Source: Spizellomyces punctatus DAOM BR117
Lineage: Eukaryota
Assembly (NCBI GenBank): GCA_000182565.2
Contig: KQ257453.1
Reading direction: 5' to 3' (one strand)
Length of the DNA: 64,000 nt
Shown here: piece by piece, positions 31,306 through 45,037 of the stretch
Numbering within the stretch: the first letter of the stretch is position 1
How the letters are laid out: each line of letters opens with the position of its first letter
Made by a program: the position numbers and the translations under genes
Notes under the pieces: model-generated
What the model saw: the letters and a program-made list of their open reading frames with translations, nothing else
What the model was told of the DNA's origin: nothing
Databases searched by the model: none

Positions 31306-34300
31306 ATGTTTTACTCGCAAGACATTCTTACTTCTAAACGCCGGTCGGGCCTTGCAGTCGTTTGGTTGGCGGCCACACTGGGGCCAAAGCATTCATTTAA
31401 AAAGGTTTGGCATTCAAAACTAGAGTTTCCCACGCGTTTTGCCAAAGCATTCATGCTTTCGCTTTCCCCATCTTGCATAGTTGTCGAAACGGGAAGTCAA
31501 CGGAGTCAACCTTGTGAAAGCATGGTATGTATTGGCCCCTTTCACATATCACAGGGTCGACGAGCATATCCTCATATGGGGGCGTTAAGCGACTTTCTAA
31601 CCGACCCGCCCGAACCCATGGCTCTACGGTTAACGTATGTGTGCATGATTCTACTGTAAAATTGGGTTCAGATTAGGGTGTTAAATGTCTCTATTGATCT
31701 TAGATCAAACCTGATGGTTGGCGTAACGAGAGTGTACTCTCAGCAGTACACGTTCTTCTACAGTATGACAAGCTTGCCTTTGAAAAACGGGACATTTTTA
31801 TCGTCCAACACACTGATATTCCGCAGCGGAGGTGAAACAGGTGTTTATGAAGTTGAAACGAGCTTGGACGGATATTCAATCGGGCGATGTGAACATGCCC
31901 GCCGGTGAAGCAAGGTTAGATCTGTCAGCTTGGTGACGCGCCCATGTTTTAGACTGATCAGTTTGTAGATTTGATGCTATCACGCTGCAATTAGACGAAG
32001 ACATTGAGCTGCGCTATGAACCGCCCATTGCGCTGCAGGATACATCTATGGTCAGTTGGCGCGTGATCCCACTTCTAGAGCAACTTTTCATTAATTAAAT
32101 TGGTCCTGCATTTGGCCTTTGCAGATGGAGAAGCAGATTGACTTTGGTTGGGTGGTACGGGGCGGACAACCTTCCCAAAGTACTACGCTCTGTACGTAAT
32201 CTGTCTAAACGGTGGTTCCTCCCCCCATTCCTCACGTTTGTCAATCGAAACTAGCACCTTCGACTGCTACCAGAAGCCCTAGTGCACATCCATCGAACAG
32301 CTTTGACGCCATGTCAATTGGCGGATCTTCGCATGTGGGCTCTTTGAAGTCCATCACACTGCAGACTCAAGGTCGGCTGAGCACAACTCCGCTCCGTTCA
32401 TCGCTAATGGATACAACCACGGGCATGGAGTTTGATTTGGGCCTTGACCCGCTCTTACCACGACCTGATGAGAGTGGTACCGGGATGTCTACACTCCTCG
32501 ATGACCAATTTGATCTCTTTGCCGACATTAGAGATGACCACGAGGCGGCCCGGAAGCGAAGGAAAGTTCGCGCTGTAAGTGACATCTAGTTCTCGTTATT
32601 TGAGATAGCTAGTGATGATTGTTTTCATTTAGGGATCTCTGGGCATTGACCAAATTGCCGCGGAAGGATTCCAGATTGAGCAGAGCGTACTTGAACCGTC
32701 CATGGAAAAGACAGAGCTTGGTTTTGTTGACGTTAGACAAGATCAACCTGCGCAAGAGGGTATCCCCCTTGGTGACCCCTCTGGCGACCTAAATGACGCG
32801 CTCGCCGAAGCTGCACCAAAGCCGCGAAAAAGCCGGCGGAGATACCCTCTCATTGATTTGGAGGTATGCTAGCCTCTGACCCGGATTCAGTGTTCATCAC
32901 ATGGGGACTAACCATCGTGTATGGGATTAGATAGAGTTACCTCACGCCGAGATGGTTCGTATGAGAAACCGAGCGAGTTATGATTTACTTTTCGCAGAGA
33001 AACAGGCTCAGCAGAAGGTGCGTCGTGGTACCTGGATGATAAGAACTCCGTACTTATCTAAAGCGGCATCAGGCTAGAATTAAAGCGGACAAGGCGTTTC
33101 TTCAATCCGTGCTGGAAGCTCCCCCTATCGGTAAATTACCGTTCGTCCGATTCAAGCGATCGCCAACTCTTCACAGCCGACCTCTAGGTCTCGGACCGGA
33201 TCTTACGAACTTTTGGCATGAAACAGTTCTAGTCAACAAACGCCCTGGTGGTATGCTGCAATGCTCACGATGGATGTCACCATACATTTTAAACTGTCAT
33301 TTGAGTAGGTGACAGTCTTTTGGAGCGTACCTCAAAAAGGCCAAAGCATGCCGGTCATATTCTTGTTTCCCAAGACTCTGGAGGTGCGGGAGCAGGTATA
33401 GAGCTGCATTCTTGGCTCCTAACGAGATCCACAACCTGTCCGGCAAATGTACGAAATAACGATTGCAAAAGCATTAGGTTTAGGTTACGACATGGATAGT
33501 GGGAGCTTTGAGAATATCAGGGTAGGACTTGCTATTGATTGCCCTGTTTAAGCCGACCCGCTGTCAACAGTCTGGATTAGGCGGATCTGTCTGCAGAGGA
33601 CCTTGAAGTATTCCGAGCGGGAGACGAAAGGCGCAAGAGCGAGATAATGCCTTGGCATCGTACATCCCGTCCTGGGTCTGTTGCTTCAGGTAGTCTTCAC
33701 TTGTTGGTATGACATTGTGCGCTTTGATAGGAGCTGGTTTGATAGATCAACCTGGATCTGTTCTGGGCTCTGCACGCAAATCAATGTCTAGACGTGACTC
33801 TTTCTCCACCTTTGGTGGCACGGATGATTTTGCCTTGGAGCCGATGCGCAGGTACATAGCACGTATTTGGGTGTTTCGTGTAATGCAGCTTTGTAACCTC
33901 GTACCCCATTGTCACTCTAGGAGGTCTAGTTCGATGGCAGGATCGGCCCGTGACTTCTCTCCGCTCAAAGATTTGCCGGATTTTGAAGGATTCAGTTTTG
34001 GTAATGGAAGTACATTTTTCTTCGTATAATTGAGTTCGAAAGAGTGGACTGAAGGAGCTTTATGGCCAGATGCCGAAATTCCCTTCAAAGATGTGGACAT
34101 GAACCTTACGCCTGTGGACAACGAGAGTTCCCAGTTCCTCAAGTACGTGATACGTCACCTAGCTTTGCGAACATGTCTAAACCTTACCATAATTGGGCGG
34201 ATGCATAGTTATGTGAAAACCGTTGTCCCAAACGCCGATACAAGCTATGGTAACAACTATTGCATGTGATTCTATGAGCCTATCGAAAACACTCGCTCAT

Positions 34301-34550
34301 ACTCCCTGGCAGTCCACTTTTTTGATGTTTTGCCTCCCAGCGGGACATCCCGTGCGGCCGCCAGTCAGGGTTTCTATCATGGTATTTTACGCGCATTGAA
34401 GAGTACGTGTCTGAAGGAGCGACATAACCTTCCTTGCTCCTTTTAATCTTAGTACTCGTCTTGGCTACACGCGGTGTTATCCATCTTAGGCAAGCCGGCC
34501 CATACCAAGACATTCGCCTTGGTCTCGACAAGACGATGGCATTGGATTGA
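31306..34550 (+). CDS. REC8: Rad21/Rec8 cohesin kleisin, REC8-like; many exons
   Basis: N-terminus MFYSQDILTSKRRSGLAVVWLAATLG, PMALRLT-SNLMVGVTRVYSQQ; C-terminal winged helix AASQGFYH-VLVLATRGVIHLRQAGPYQDI. Confidence 0.8.
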
Positions 34551-37500
34551 AGGTGCAATGCTATGTGCAGGCGGTAAGACACCTGGAATGGTACAAGTTG
34601 CATCTCTAGGACCTATGCGTTGCAAGACCTTATCGATCGTAAGCATAGAATTGATGGAAATTGACACTGTGCCTATTATGACGCGGATTCTCATATGTAA
34701 AGTAGTGTCTCTGTAGTTGACCATCTTTTTAAATAGACGGTGTTTCATCCTAATTTTTCAAGTCTATCAAAGAATCTGTCAGGCTGCCATTTCTCAATAT
34801 AGCTTTCTTGACTTGATCCCCGTCTTTTGACGACTTGACTTTTCAACGACTTGGCCAACCCAAGCATTGGCCAGTCCATTGCAAACAAACTTTGGCAATG
34901 AAGAAATGCATAGTTTCGATTTGTATAATGAAAAAGGAATACTGCTGAAATGGGGTTAAAAAATCCAGAAGCTACTGTCGCTTAAAGAGCTTTCGTGCTG
35001 CTGAGGCTTGGGCCTCAAAACTACATTACGTCATCGGCTTTTTAATACTTTCCTTTTTGGTAAGCGCTGATGGCAAATCCAAAACGGGTCAAATTGCTCG
35101 AACCTTTGGCTTGTGTAACGTCTATCCAAGTTACCACACTCGGGTTTGCCCGAAAACACATACTGGATTTGAGTCATGTCTCGACTATCGTCCGCCGATA
35201 AAGTCTTCAAAAAAGAAGATAAAGGATCAAAACGAACAGATACAATCCCCTCAGTCCTTTCATAGAGCTCCCTCATAGGGACATACATAGAGGCAGATTA
35301 AAATGTCCCTCCCACCATTCGACAGAATTACAACGAAGACGAACCTGAACTTGAACCTGAACAAACTAGCCTACAGTCAGCAAAGATAGATTACATGTAT
35401 ATTAGGAACAGCACCACGAGGTTCAGCTTTCTCAACTGGGCTTCCTCTTGGATGCTGTGATTCTACCTGACAAGACTTTTCACCGCGATACTGGTGCAGT
35501 GCCATTCACGATCAATGCCTTCGTCTCTATGGACGACAAGTGTCGGGCGAGCAGCTTGGATATGGCAATCCCGATTGTGACCTTTGCTTTGTTCATTATC
35601 GCGGCTACTTTCACCACTCGCAGTTCCGATTCTTAAAATTCTCGGATTGGTCACTTTTGCGGCCCAAGGGATTACCAAGATTACCGCCATCATCATTGAA
35701 GACGCTCTCCTCTTCGTTCTGCAGAGGGAAAACATCAAACGGTGGCGGAAAGTATTCTCAAGCGTGACGGCATTCTCTCCTCGGCTGGTTGACACGCTGG
35801 CAACAAGCACCTGAATGGCGTCGGAGGGGCCAAATTCCGCAACTAGAACGGCAGACTTAACTTTAATAGCTTTTGTTACTAATGATGTAGAAACCGAAAA
35901 GCAATGACTTTCTTATGTACTGCGGGCACGTTCAACGAGATTTTGGGAACTGACCAGGAAAGCTTTGTCGTGCCGGATAGCTACCAAGATAATAAGCCTG
36001 GCTATTGATAATGATGCAAGAGTATAACTTCCGTTTATGAAGTGGATCATCTGAAAAACAAGGTTCAGAAAAAAGATCAAAAAGGCGCTTTTTGATATGA
36101 TACTAAAACAGCAACAAAAATAATGTAGCAACAGAAACAACAAGATTAACAGGAACAGATTCAGCAGCAGATTGAGCGACAACAGGAACTGGGTACCGAA
36201 GGCAATGCCAGTAGCACTAATTGCACCAATTGCATCTGCAGGCCGCCAGAATCTATCGATAGGAAATTGTTCTGGATCTATGGAAACTAGCTCGTGAAAC
36301 CGCCCTGTAATTGTTGACGACTGATATTTCTCCTTCTCACACTATTTCACATCGAAAGCTATCAGCCACAAGTAAGTTATGAGACAGGAATTAGAAGCGA
36401 AAATATTGAGCTTACACTGCCTCAAATGCTAAAGAACTCCAATTTCAAAACTGGACACGTAAAGGACTGTCGGCGTTCCTGTAATGCTTTATAAAAAATG
36501 TTGCTCAACGAAGAGAATCCGAAAAAGAAATTGTAATACATTGCTGAACATGACGACGATCTCAAGTAATCGGAACAAATTGGGTGACCCATAAACTGGA
36601 GGATAAGAATTTGCCACCGTAGATGATGAACTGCTAAGTAACATACTTTTCTAGTTCTTTCTTAGTAGATTGAAATACGGATGGAAACAGAGCTTTTCTC
36701 GAATATCCACTGCCAGATACGCAGTGCAATTAGATTCTTTAGTATGTAAGAACAAATACATGCTGAGCAACACCTCGCTCTTCAATGTCACCATCTAGTT
36801 GCAGTTCTTCACTTACTCTCGATATTTTCTTTTACAGTTTGTCTTGATCCATTTGTTGATTCTTCCCATATCTTGATGCTCCGCATACCTTGTTCGTGAT
36901 TAAATCAAACACCGGATCGGTTGTATAGGCAATTGTGTAGACATCTGCACTAGTGCTCCCATCTACCTCTTTTCGCAAGGCCTCTAGATATTTTGAACGG
37001 GCTATGTCGACAGCCGTACATATAGCTTTTTGATGGAAAGCATCCAGAATTCTTTGTTTTTTACTAATCGTGAGCATAATTCAGAAGATCCATGCTCTTG
37101 GAGACCCGTACTTTTCTCATCTTGCACTTTTTGCTGCATCTGTTACATTCACAATATTCATGATCATCACATACCGTCCAAAGAACTTCGACAGCATGCA
37201 AGTCGTATACTTTGATTCCCACAAGTGGAGCAATTGTAAGACAAAGTTCTTAAGGACTTTTTACCTGTCTTCGGAGAGATTGTCGATATGACGACAAAAG
37301 TCTCTGCCTTCAGTTACCGTTATCGCATTCAAGTACAGCAACATGACCCTTCAATATCGCCCCATTATCTTCTGATTTTATTGTTTCTTTCTGTGTGAAT
37401 ACTTTTAGCAACTTTTCCCCATCAACAAACATGACGTTTTTCATTTGACAATGTATGCCGACGCAGCTTTTTCGATTATTCGACTACAGACGTAATGATT

Positions 37501-38030
37501 CTAGATCGGCCATGACTGATAATGACGGCGGGAATTGCTATGGTAGTTTGTATATCTGTTTCCATTAATCTATCGATATATGTCTCGCTGTGCTAAGGAT
37601 GAGGTATTTTTCAAAATGCGGATCGCATTCTCCATCTAAGCGCTTCATTATGTCGTTTGAAGAACTAGCAGGAATTATCATTACTGATGAAACGAGTGAT
37701 CAAAATAGTAAGCAGCTCAACAGCAGCCACAATGTCACCGATAGTAATACATGCGGAACGGTTCTCACGGTTATGTGGCAGTCTTAAGAGGAAGTGCAAT
37801 TGAAGGCTAAACATGGTGGGTCCGAATGTACTCGCTTCGAAACCGGCCGGATTTATGTATCCAACTGATATTACTGCGGTGAAGCTTAATGAGCTCGACC
37901 ATTCGATAACTGGGGAAGCCATTCCGGAAATGAAAGCGTTGAATAAGCGCAGCGAAAGATGTGCGAAGAAATCCAAAAGTCGCACCCAGCCTCAGCCACA
38001 AGAGAAAGCGAAAGAATAAGATCTGCAACA

Positions 38031-38069
38031 GCAGCAACCGGAACAGAAGCAGCAACCGGAACAGAAGCA
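38031..38069 (+). repeat. 18-bp tandem repeat GCAGCAACCGGAACAGAA x2 (QQPEQK), with degenerate copies to ~38165
   Basis: Direct reading. Confidence 0.8.
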
Positions 38070-38416
38070 CTCGAATCCTGAGCTACAGCAAACCCAGGAG
38101 CCTGAAGAACCCGTGCAACTGGTAGCAGCAACAGGAACCGGAGCTGCGGCAACAACCGGAACAGGTAAGTTCATCCCATTCAAGGATAATTGTCAGAGGA
38201 GCAAAATACAGCAACCGTAAATCCAAGCAAACCAGTCAGCAGATTAGTGCATCAATCACCCACAAAACCAGATGTCAGGACACACAATGTGATATAGCGA
38301 AAGATGTAGGTGAGAACAGAGATCAAGAAACGAAAGTACGATTCAAACCAACTTGTTGGTAATAGAGACGACGGCGATCACAAATTCGGTTGTGTTTTTG
38401 GATATGTTGATTCAGG

Positions 38417-38701
38417 TTGCGTACCCTCAAGTATGCATCTCCTGTTGGTTTCGAAGCTGCTTTGCTCGAAAGTTTCAAAGAGTGCAGAGACGGCACCGCA
38501 CTTACAGGTTTCAGATCAAGAACAGAGCAATGGTGTGGAGGTCATGTAATGACGATTGTGGGTCACGACGACGAGAAGCCTATTGTGGTTGACGATTGAG
38601 GTTAACCTTGGGGAGATTCTGGAATCTCTTGCTTCCCTTTTGGTTACTTGTTGAATGCAGACTATTGTTCTAACTTTTGGTCTCTACGATATTGCAGTTG
38701 A
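38417..38701 (+). pseudogene. C-terminal fragment of a papain-family (C1A) cysteine protease of bacterial/giant-virus type
   Basis: One frame reads LKYASPVGFEAALLESF...EQWCGGHVMTIVGHDDEKPIVVDD*G*PWGDSGISCFPFGYLLNADYCSNFWSLR, matching GGHA..VGYDD...NSWG..WG..GY..PY.YL...DFW; two in-frame stops, no intron. Confidence 0.75.
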
Positions 38702-41700
38702 ACTTAGTCAAATCGTTCGAGCAGTTGGTACAGATCAGAGATTACTGTATTCTTCCATATATTTCAAGGAGCATAGAGCATTTAGAAAAACCTGCTAACC
38801 ACCGGCATGCATAGATGAATGTATGAATGGACGAAGAGGATAATATGAAATCAATGCTGTTAAACTTGGAATCATCAACCGATTTGCTTTGAATCATTGT
38901 GTCTATGGCGTGAGCAAAAAGAAAGTCAGTGCCCCAAAAGGTTATAAAAAAGGTGCTGGTTCCCACCATGTTAAATATATCCAAACTTGTAGATCTACAG
39001 CAATCCGACAAGTTGCGAATAAAGGTGAGTTACAGCTTCAGTAACGCTTATGAAGCAACTTGTGCACTGAATGGTCTCCTGTGGGACTTCGAGTGGGCAA
39101 TTTTCATGTATTATGTAAATGCTGCAAATAATTGGGAGAAAAGCATGTGGATTTACTTATCCATACATGAATATTGAAGAATACACAACTGCAAAGGAAC
39201 CCTCTATCAATCGGTTGCACACTAGATATCGAATAATCTCTTCTGAGTTGCTTCGACCATTCTGCAGACTCTAGAATAATTAACACTCCACCAATGCCGA
39301 AAGTTTGTCTTGTAGTTAAACCATCTCGTTCCATACCCGCGTACTGCTTTGTTCAACTAGCTGTTCCAAAAGTGTCGTAATGTCGTTCATGGGTTCCTCT
39401 CCCGGTGAGAATGTCTCAGCCCGTCTCATGTACAACTGAATTAGTCTGCCCCATCTCCCTAAGGACTAAATGACAATATGCGTGACATTTACGAACCAGC
39501 CGGTCTTTGCTGATATTCGTCTCCCATACTCCAAAGTTGAACGCAATCTCCTCTAAAATTTCCAATAAATCACTCACGCTGCATCTTTAAAAGAAGGGGT
39601 TTACGCCGTTTTGAACGAAAAGCCAGGTATTTAGAGATTTAACAGAGACCTCATTCTCATGGTTGAAATGCGATAACATGGCCTCGCTGTTCTCAACATC
39701 ATAGGCCGATAAGCATATTTCGTCCTGAATTATGACCTCCTCTGGTATGTGAAAATAACACGGCACTAAAGTTTGTGTCTTGCTGGATCATAGCACCACA
39801 CCATTTCCAAGCATGAATGGGATCCACAATACTTTCTGCTGCCTCGATTCTGCAACCAGAACAGACATGTTACTCCTGTCTTGTAGTTTCTGGCATGACT
39901 ATCTACTATTACCATGACGAATTTAATAATATATAATCCAAAGGACTGCTACGAATCTGAACTAGAAGCAAACTACATTCAAAATGTGAACCATTTCTAC
40001 CAAATTCCCGAAAGAAACAAATATGGCCATTTTCAAGAAGCATTTGCTGAATATCTATCTAAAAAGTATTAGAAAATATCACCATAAGTTGGTCAATGCA
40101 ATTTTCCATTGGAAAAGTGGTTAAAAAAAGGTGCGTTCGTGCGTTCCATTAAAGCAATCAGAAAGGAGATATTGAAGTAAGAGCCAGAGTGGGTCAAAAG
40201 AAGCGTGAATTCCCATCGAGATACAGAGAATATTAGATCAAAGAGGAGACAATAAGTGAACCACTCATCGAGAGTTGAGTGAATCCTTGTTTTCATGTTC
40301 AAGTTCTCGTCTTCCTTGTATGCATCGTGATCTCAGTCGTTTTGGAAAGACAGGCATATTATTTGCAGGGTGAAATCTATTCAGAGCTTCGGCTTCCAGT
40401 CGCTGAAGAAGAAAGCAAAACGTCCTGCCCTGAAGAAGCTGCATTCCACCCAGATTGCTCTAATCCATGCACCTGCGACTGTCTATCGATGAGTGAGAAA
40501 GTGGCTACATTGGCCATAGTTGTAAATCGCAGATTCATATCGTGAGTAAAATTGAATATGCACAACCTCTGCGACGTTCGCCGTCACAAAAGAAATCGAT
40601 CCGGGGATGTGAGTTCTAGATAAAGACGACTGGTATTTGCGAGGAGACAGCGAAGATGATGCGGCCAAGTGTTCGGGCTAGCAAGGTTCCTACGTGGTAA
40701 AAGAGAAAGAGAAAGTCCTTTGTGCCCTATCTGGCATCACGAAACGCTTGAAGTCCATATCTGGGTATCACAAGAGTGAACTGGAACTGACAAAACTCTT
40801 TGATTGCAATATAAACAACATGTTGAAAGAAAGGGAGCACAACGATCATAAACGATCTTGGGAATTTGCTTGCGTGGTGTCCAAAAAGCATCATCTTATG
40901 AAATCGTAAGATAAACAAAGTTAGTTTTAGGCTTTTATTCCGATGTAATACTGGCAAGATGCTAGTTAATATATTTGAAGGTAAAAGTCATAAAGCCAGG
41001 AAAGAAGCGGGAGCAGTGACCATTTGAAGCTCTTGTTGGAGGCAATGTGAGGATTGTACGAGATGTCAAGTATATATCTCGCTGCTTTAGTGTGCAGTCC
41101 GCTCAAATTGTAACTAGAAAAACAAATCTGCCTGCCATGAGATATGACAATATGCTCATACTGTCGACATCCGTACTACGCCTTAAAGAACTTTATCAAG
41201 GGCAGTTATACATATGCCGCCCTCTTCGTTCCCAACAGCTAACAGCTATAAAGAAGCGGGGTGAGGCTGAATACATATCTGTTGCAGAATGGTGCTTATC
41301 AATAGATTTATGATAGTGACTTGAACCCGCGGCTGCCAACTCGCATTCCTTACTGCAAACGAACATCTATGGATGAACAAAGATTAGAGAAAACCAGTGC
41401 CGCCCAGGTTGAGCAGAACCATTTAAACGTATCTACGTATGAACTACTGCTCTTGGGGATATTATAAGATGAATAAGGATAAAGAATTACAACCTTTTTC
41501 AAAATGGAAGCATGGTTCTGACACCAGAAATAAACAGAACGATGATCTAATCTGATTAACAACTGCAAAAATGGTTATTGCCAATGCCACGACCACTGCA
41601 GTTCCTAGCAGCATCGTGGAGCTGGACAGGGATCCGTTACGTTCTGCCGTGAAAGAGTACGAAATGATCGAAAGCCATGATGATAAGAATATTTTATCGC

Positions 41701-44700
41701 CTGTGGGAGTGCTTGGACAGATTTCATTGATACTTGCCGCATTGGAAATATGGCACCTTTCCCACCCAAGCATGGAATCAATGATATAGTCGAAAGAGAG
41801 AAGCGAGACAAGAGGCAACAGTGCGATCGATGCAGCAGTTGGGGCTTTCCGCTGTAAACAATCAAGAAACCCCACGGCGCGACTCAAAGAGAAAGGTTCG
41901 TCGGAGGATGCAGAGATCAATGGAATCGGTAATGAGCAAAATCCCAGGCAATGATGCGATAGAAGATCATGAGCAAAGTCCGAAAGTTTGCGGAGGAAGA
42001 TTCGTGGCAAAGCATTTTGCATTCGAACGTAGGATGATAATCTCAGTATCTGTTTCTTCTATTGTGAGTTACTTAATCTGCAACATTGTATGCACCTGTT
42101 CATTTGTTCCTTTCTTTGACCTTTTGCACCTTGTACTCATGCCCTTCGCATTTGCACTTGGAATCAGCAAGAATTGGAGCAGCATGAACGATGACAATGA
42201 CGATGAAGAAGAAGACCGTATGGAGGAGAACACAGTGAGAAACGACAACAGAGAAGAAGACCAGGAGGTAGATGGAGACGAGGAAATGGCTGGGCAGGAA
42301 GACGAGATTATTGAGAAATGCATTTGTCAAAGAAAGACCATAGAAAAGGTTCAATTCCCACATTGAAGACATTATTTTGCATTTAGAGTTTACGTTGAGA
42401 ATGTACTCAAACAAACGAAAAATAAAAACAGGCTCTGAACAAGGAACCGGGATATGTGACGAGGTATCCTCTCCTTTCTTTACAGGTAGACGATATGCTT
42501 CCTATTAGATGGGGATAGATGCTGTTCCTTGTAGTTTCAGAAACCAGGAAGACCAGCGAGGATATAAACGGGATTACGGAATGGCGAATGCAGAATCTAT
42601 TGGATTCTCGTAACATTGCGTTTTTGTAATTACGAATGAACACAGGATCCATTGCCTCTAGGTTTACAGAACTATATTGTGAGTACATTGATGTTAACCC
42701 GGCGGTTCTCCTGAAACTTGGAAGTATGTGGAAATCATTATCTCGGAAATCCGTCGTAGATACAACTAGCCTACTGCAGTCTCTGAGGGTAAGATATGCT
42801 TGCTGCATTGCGACTTTTACATTGCCCGTACTTGATAGAAATTACTCTGTTGAACTCAAACTAAGCGTGGCGATTGCTTATGGAAGAATCAGAGTACAGG
42901 CATCCCAAGTTTCCTGTTTCCTTTAACTCAAGCAACATCAAAGGAATCGGAGTCAACTCTGGAGACTGAATACTTTACAAACATTGCTGGATGAAAGAGA
43001 TTTATGGAAACAGAGCGGTTGTTAGATTCAATACATATCCGGGCCGATTATGCATTTGCGAAGGAGAAGAAAGGCAACAAATTCCTGAGAAAGATGCTCG
43101 AGAAGAGTCTTGTGAAGGTTACGAATTCAGTACGAGTCGGTGTCCTGTCAATTGAAGGCTAACATAACTTTTTGAAACCTATTCGTATGCACCTGTTACT
43201 GAATTCTGCAACAAATGTACGCCGCTAGTCATCTTGCGTCGATACAACGCATAGACAACTGATGATGAGGATGGTGAAGATCTTGTTCGAAATCGAAGGA
43301 TAGCCAAAGTCCTAGATATGCAATCTGATGAAAGTTTGGCCAGCTAATTAACATAATGGAGACCCCAAATCCAGAGACTTTAAATGACAAGACGTCAGGA
43401 GCAAGGAACAACCGGGTTTTATGGTATGAGGAATCTTGCTAAACAAAGTGCATGCAGATGGGATCCGTGTTAATTCTGTGGCACTATTCTGATGCCATTG
43501 CAATCGGTGTCCAGAGGACGAGAAAACCACAAAAAGTTCTACAGGGTGAGCCGTCGTTCGTCCAGGACGGGTAGGCCAACCGTTCGTTAAACCCTAAAAG
43601 AACTTGCAATTTCTTGCTTATCCTAGTTGGATTCTTAGAAGACAGATCATAACGTTGGAGAGATTTCAAATCTACCGGTTACATGTTGCATCTGGTAGCA
43701 ATCACTGCCGGGACTCCACCATTCCCAAAGTGGTGTACGTGATGCAAGACGGATCATTTGTAAACTACACGACTCATTCGGTGGGTATCTGTACGTACCG
43801 TACTGACATTTGAATCCAGATTCACTTCCACAGTAGGGGAATAGTTGGGAGCAAATCAAATCATAGCACTTCTGGGTTCTATTGAAGGGCACGTTGTTTG
43901 GTTCGAATATCTGCTTGCTCAGCCCATGAAAGTGAAGATGCGGGAACGTTTTGAAGGAAAGCTCGACCGTCCAATGGTTACCTGGATCCATATCTTAAAT
44001 GCTGGTTTTCAAGCAATGAATGATGTATCTCTTTTTCACGCAGTTACTTGGATATCTCATTGTAAGCGGAAAGTATCCAGATAACATAATGAACTAAGTT
44101 TCCTACCGATAGACTTAGAAAGCACTGCTTGAAGAATCCAAGCGGGTAGCGAGGCTTGCAAGCTCTCATCCATTTTCCATCGAAGATAATTGTTACGATC
44201 TTCCGACTACGTTATTACCGCAAATGTGATTCCTCAAAGGGCCAAACCTCGCAGGTTCAGCTTCATACTTGGGCGTCGACATTGACGCTCCTCCTACCTG
44301 GTAGCCGGTGCCGAACAAAGTCAACAAGAGTCCTACTATGAACAAGATCGTAGCCAGTCTGTTGCTGATCACAAGACTGGACATCGGCAGTTTGCATTGT
44401 ACATACTCGGGTTCCTTTCGAAATTCCTCTATTTCCTTGAGTGTATCTTCACAAAATGAGCAAAAGCATGCTCCGGAGGCTTCAAAAGCCAGTCGCTGAT
44501 CTGGCCCCCCAAAGGAACAAGAGATTTCTAAGCCCAAACCGACTCGCAAGAAGACGACTGCTTACCAAGTTGCTTGGAAGAACTAATTGCACAGAAGAAG
44601 AAAGAGGCGGCGAAAGCGGTTTTGCGTGCCATATACAGCAAGGGATGCCCAGGTTTTATTTTGCTATTTGACAAGAGCTGAATGGCGACGTTTTGCCTCC

Positions 44701-44844
44701 AATGCGTGCATCGCAGGAATGTGAAATGCCAGCATCGTCACGATGGCACTTAAAAGGCGCATCAAGAACTCTCTCCTTCCCACATAACCTCACGTTCAAC
44801 ACTATCGTTCTATCACAGTCATGGCGGCTTTGTACCTATACCAC

Positions 44845-45037
44845 TTGATCTGCACTTACGTATACATGTCTATCGCGACGATTTTGTTGGCACCGCATTC
44901 ACATTTTGGATGGCAGCGGGTAGTTGATCGCATTTGTAGCAAAGTCATTGCTGACGGCGATGAACGGTACTGAGTCCTCCAGGATGTGGAACCAACAACA
45001 TTGTGGCGATTGACATGTATACGTAAGTGCAGATTAA
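44845..45037. repeat. ~190 bp element with long inverted repeats (MITE-like or hairpin)
   Basis: 44848-44890 ATCTGCACTTACGTATACATGTCTATCGCGACGATTTTGTTGG pairs with the reverse complement of 44992-45034 (first 23 bp perfect, 4 mismatches over 43 bp). Confidence 0.85.
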
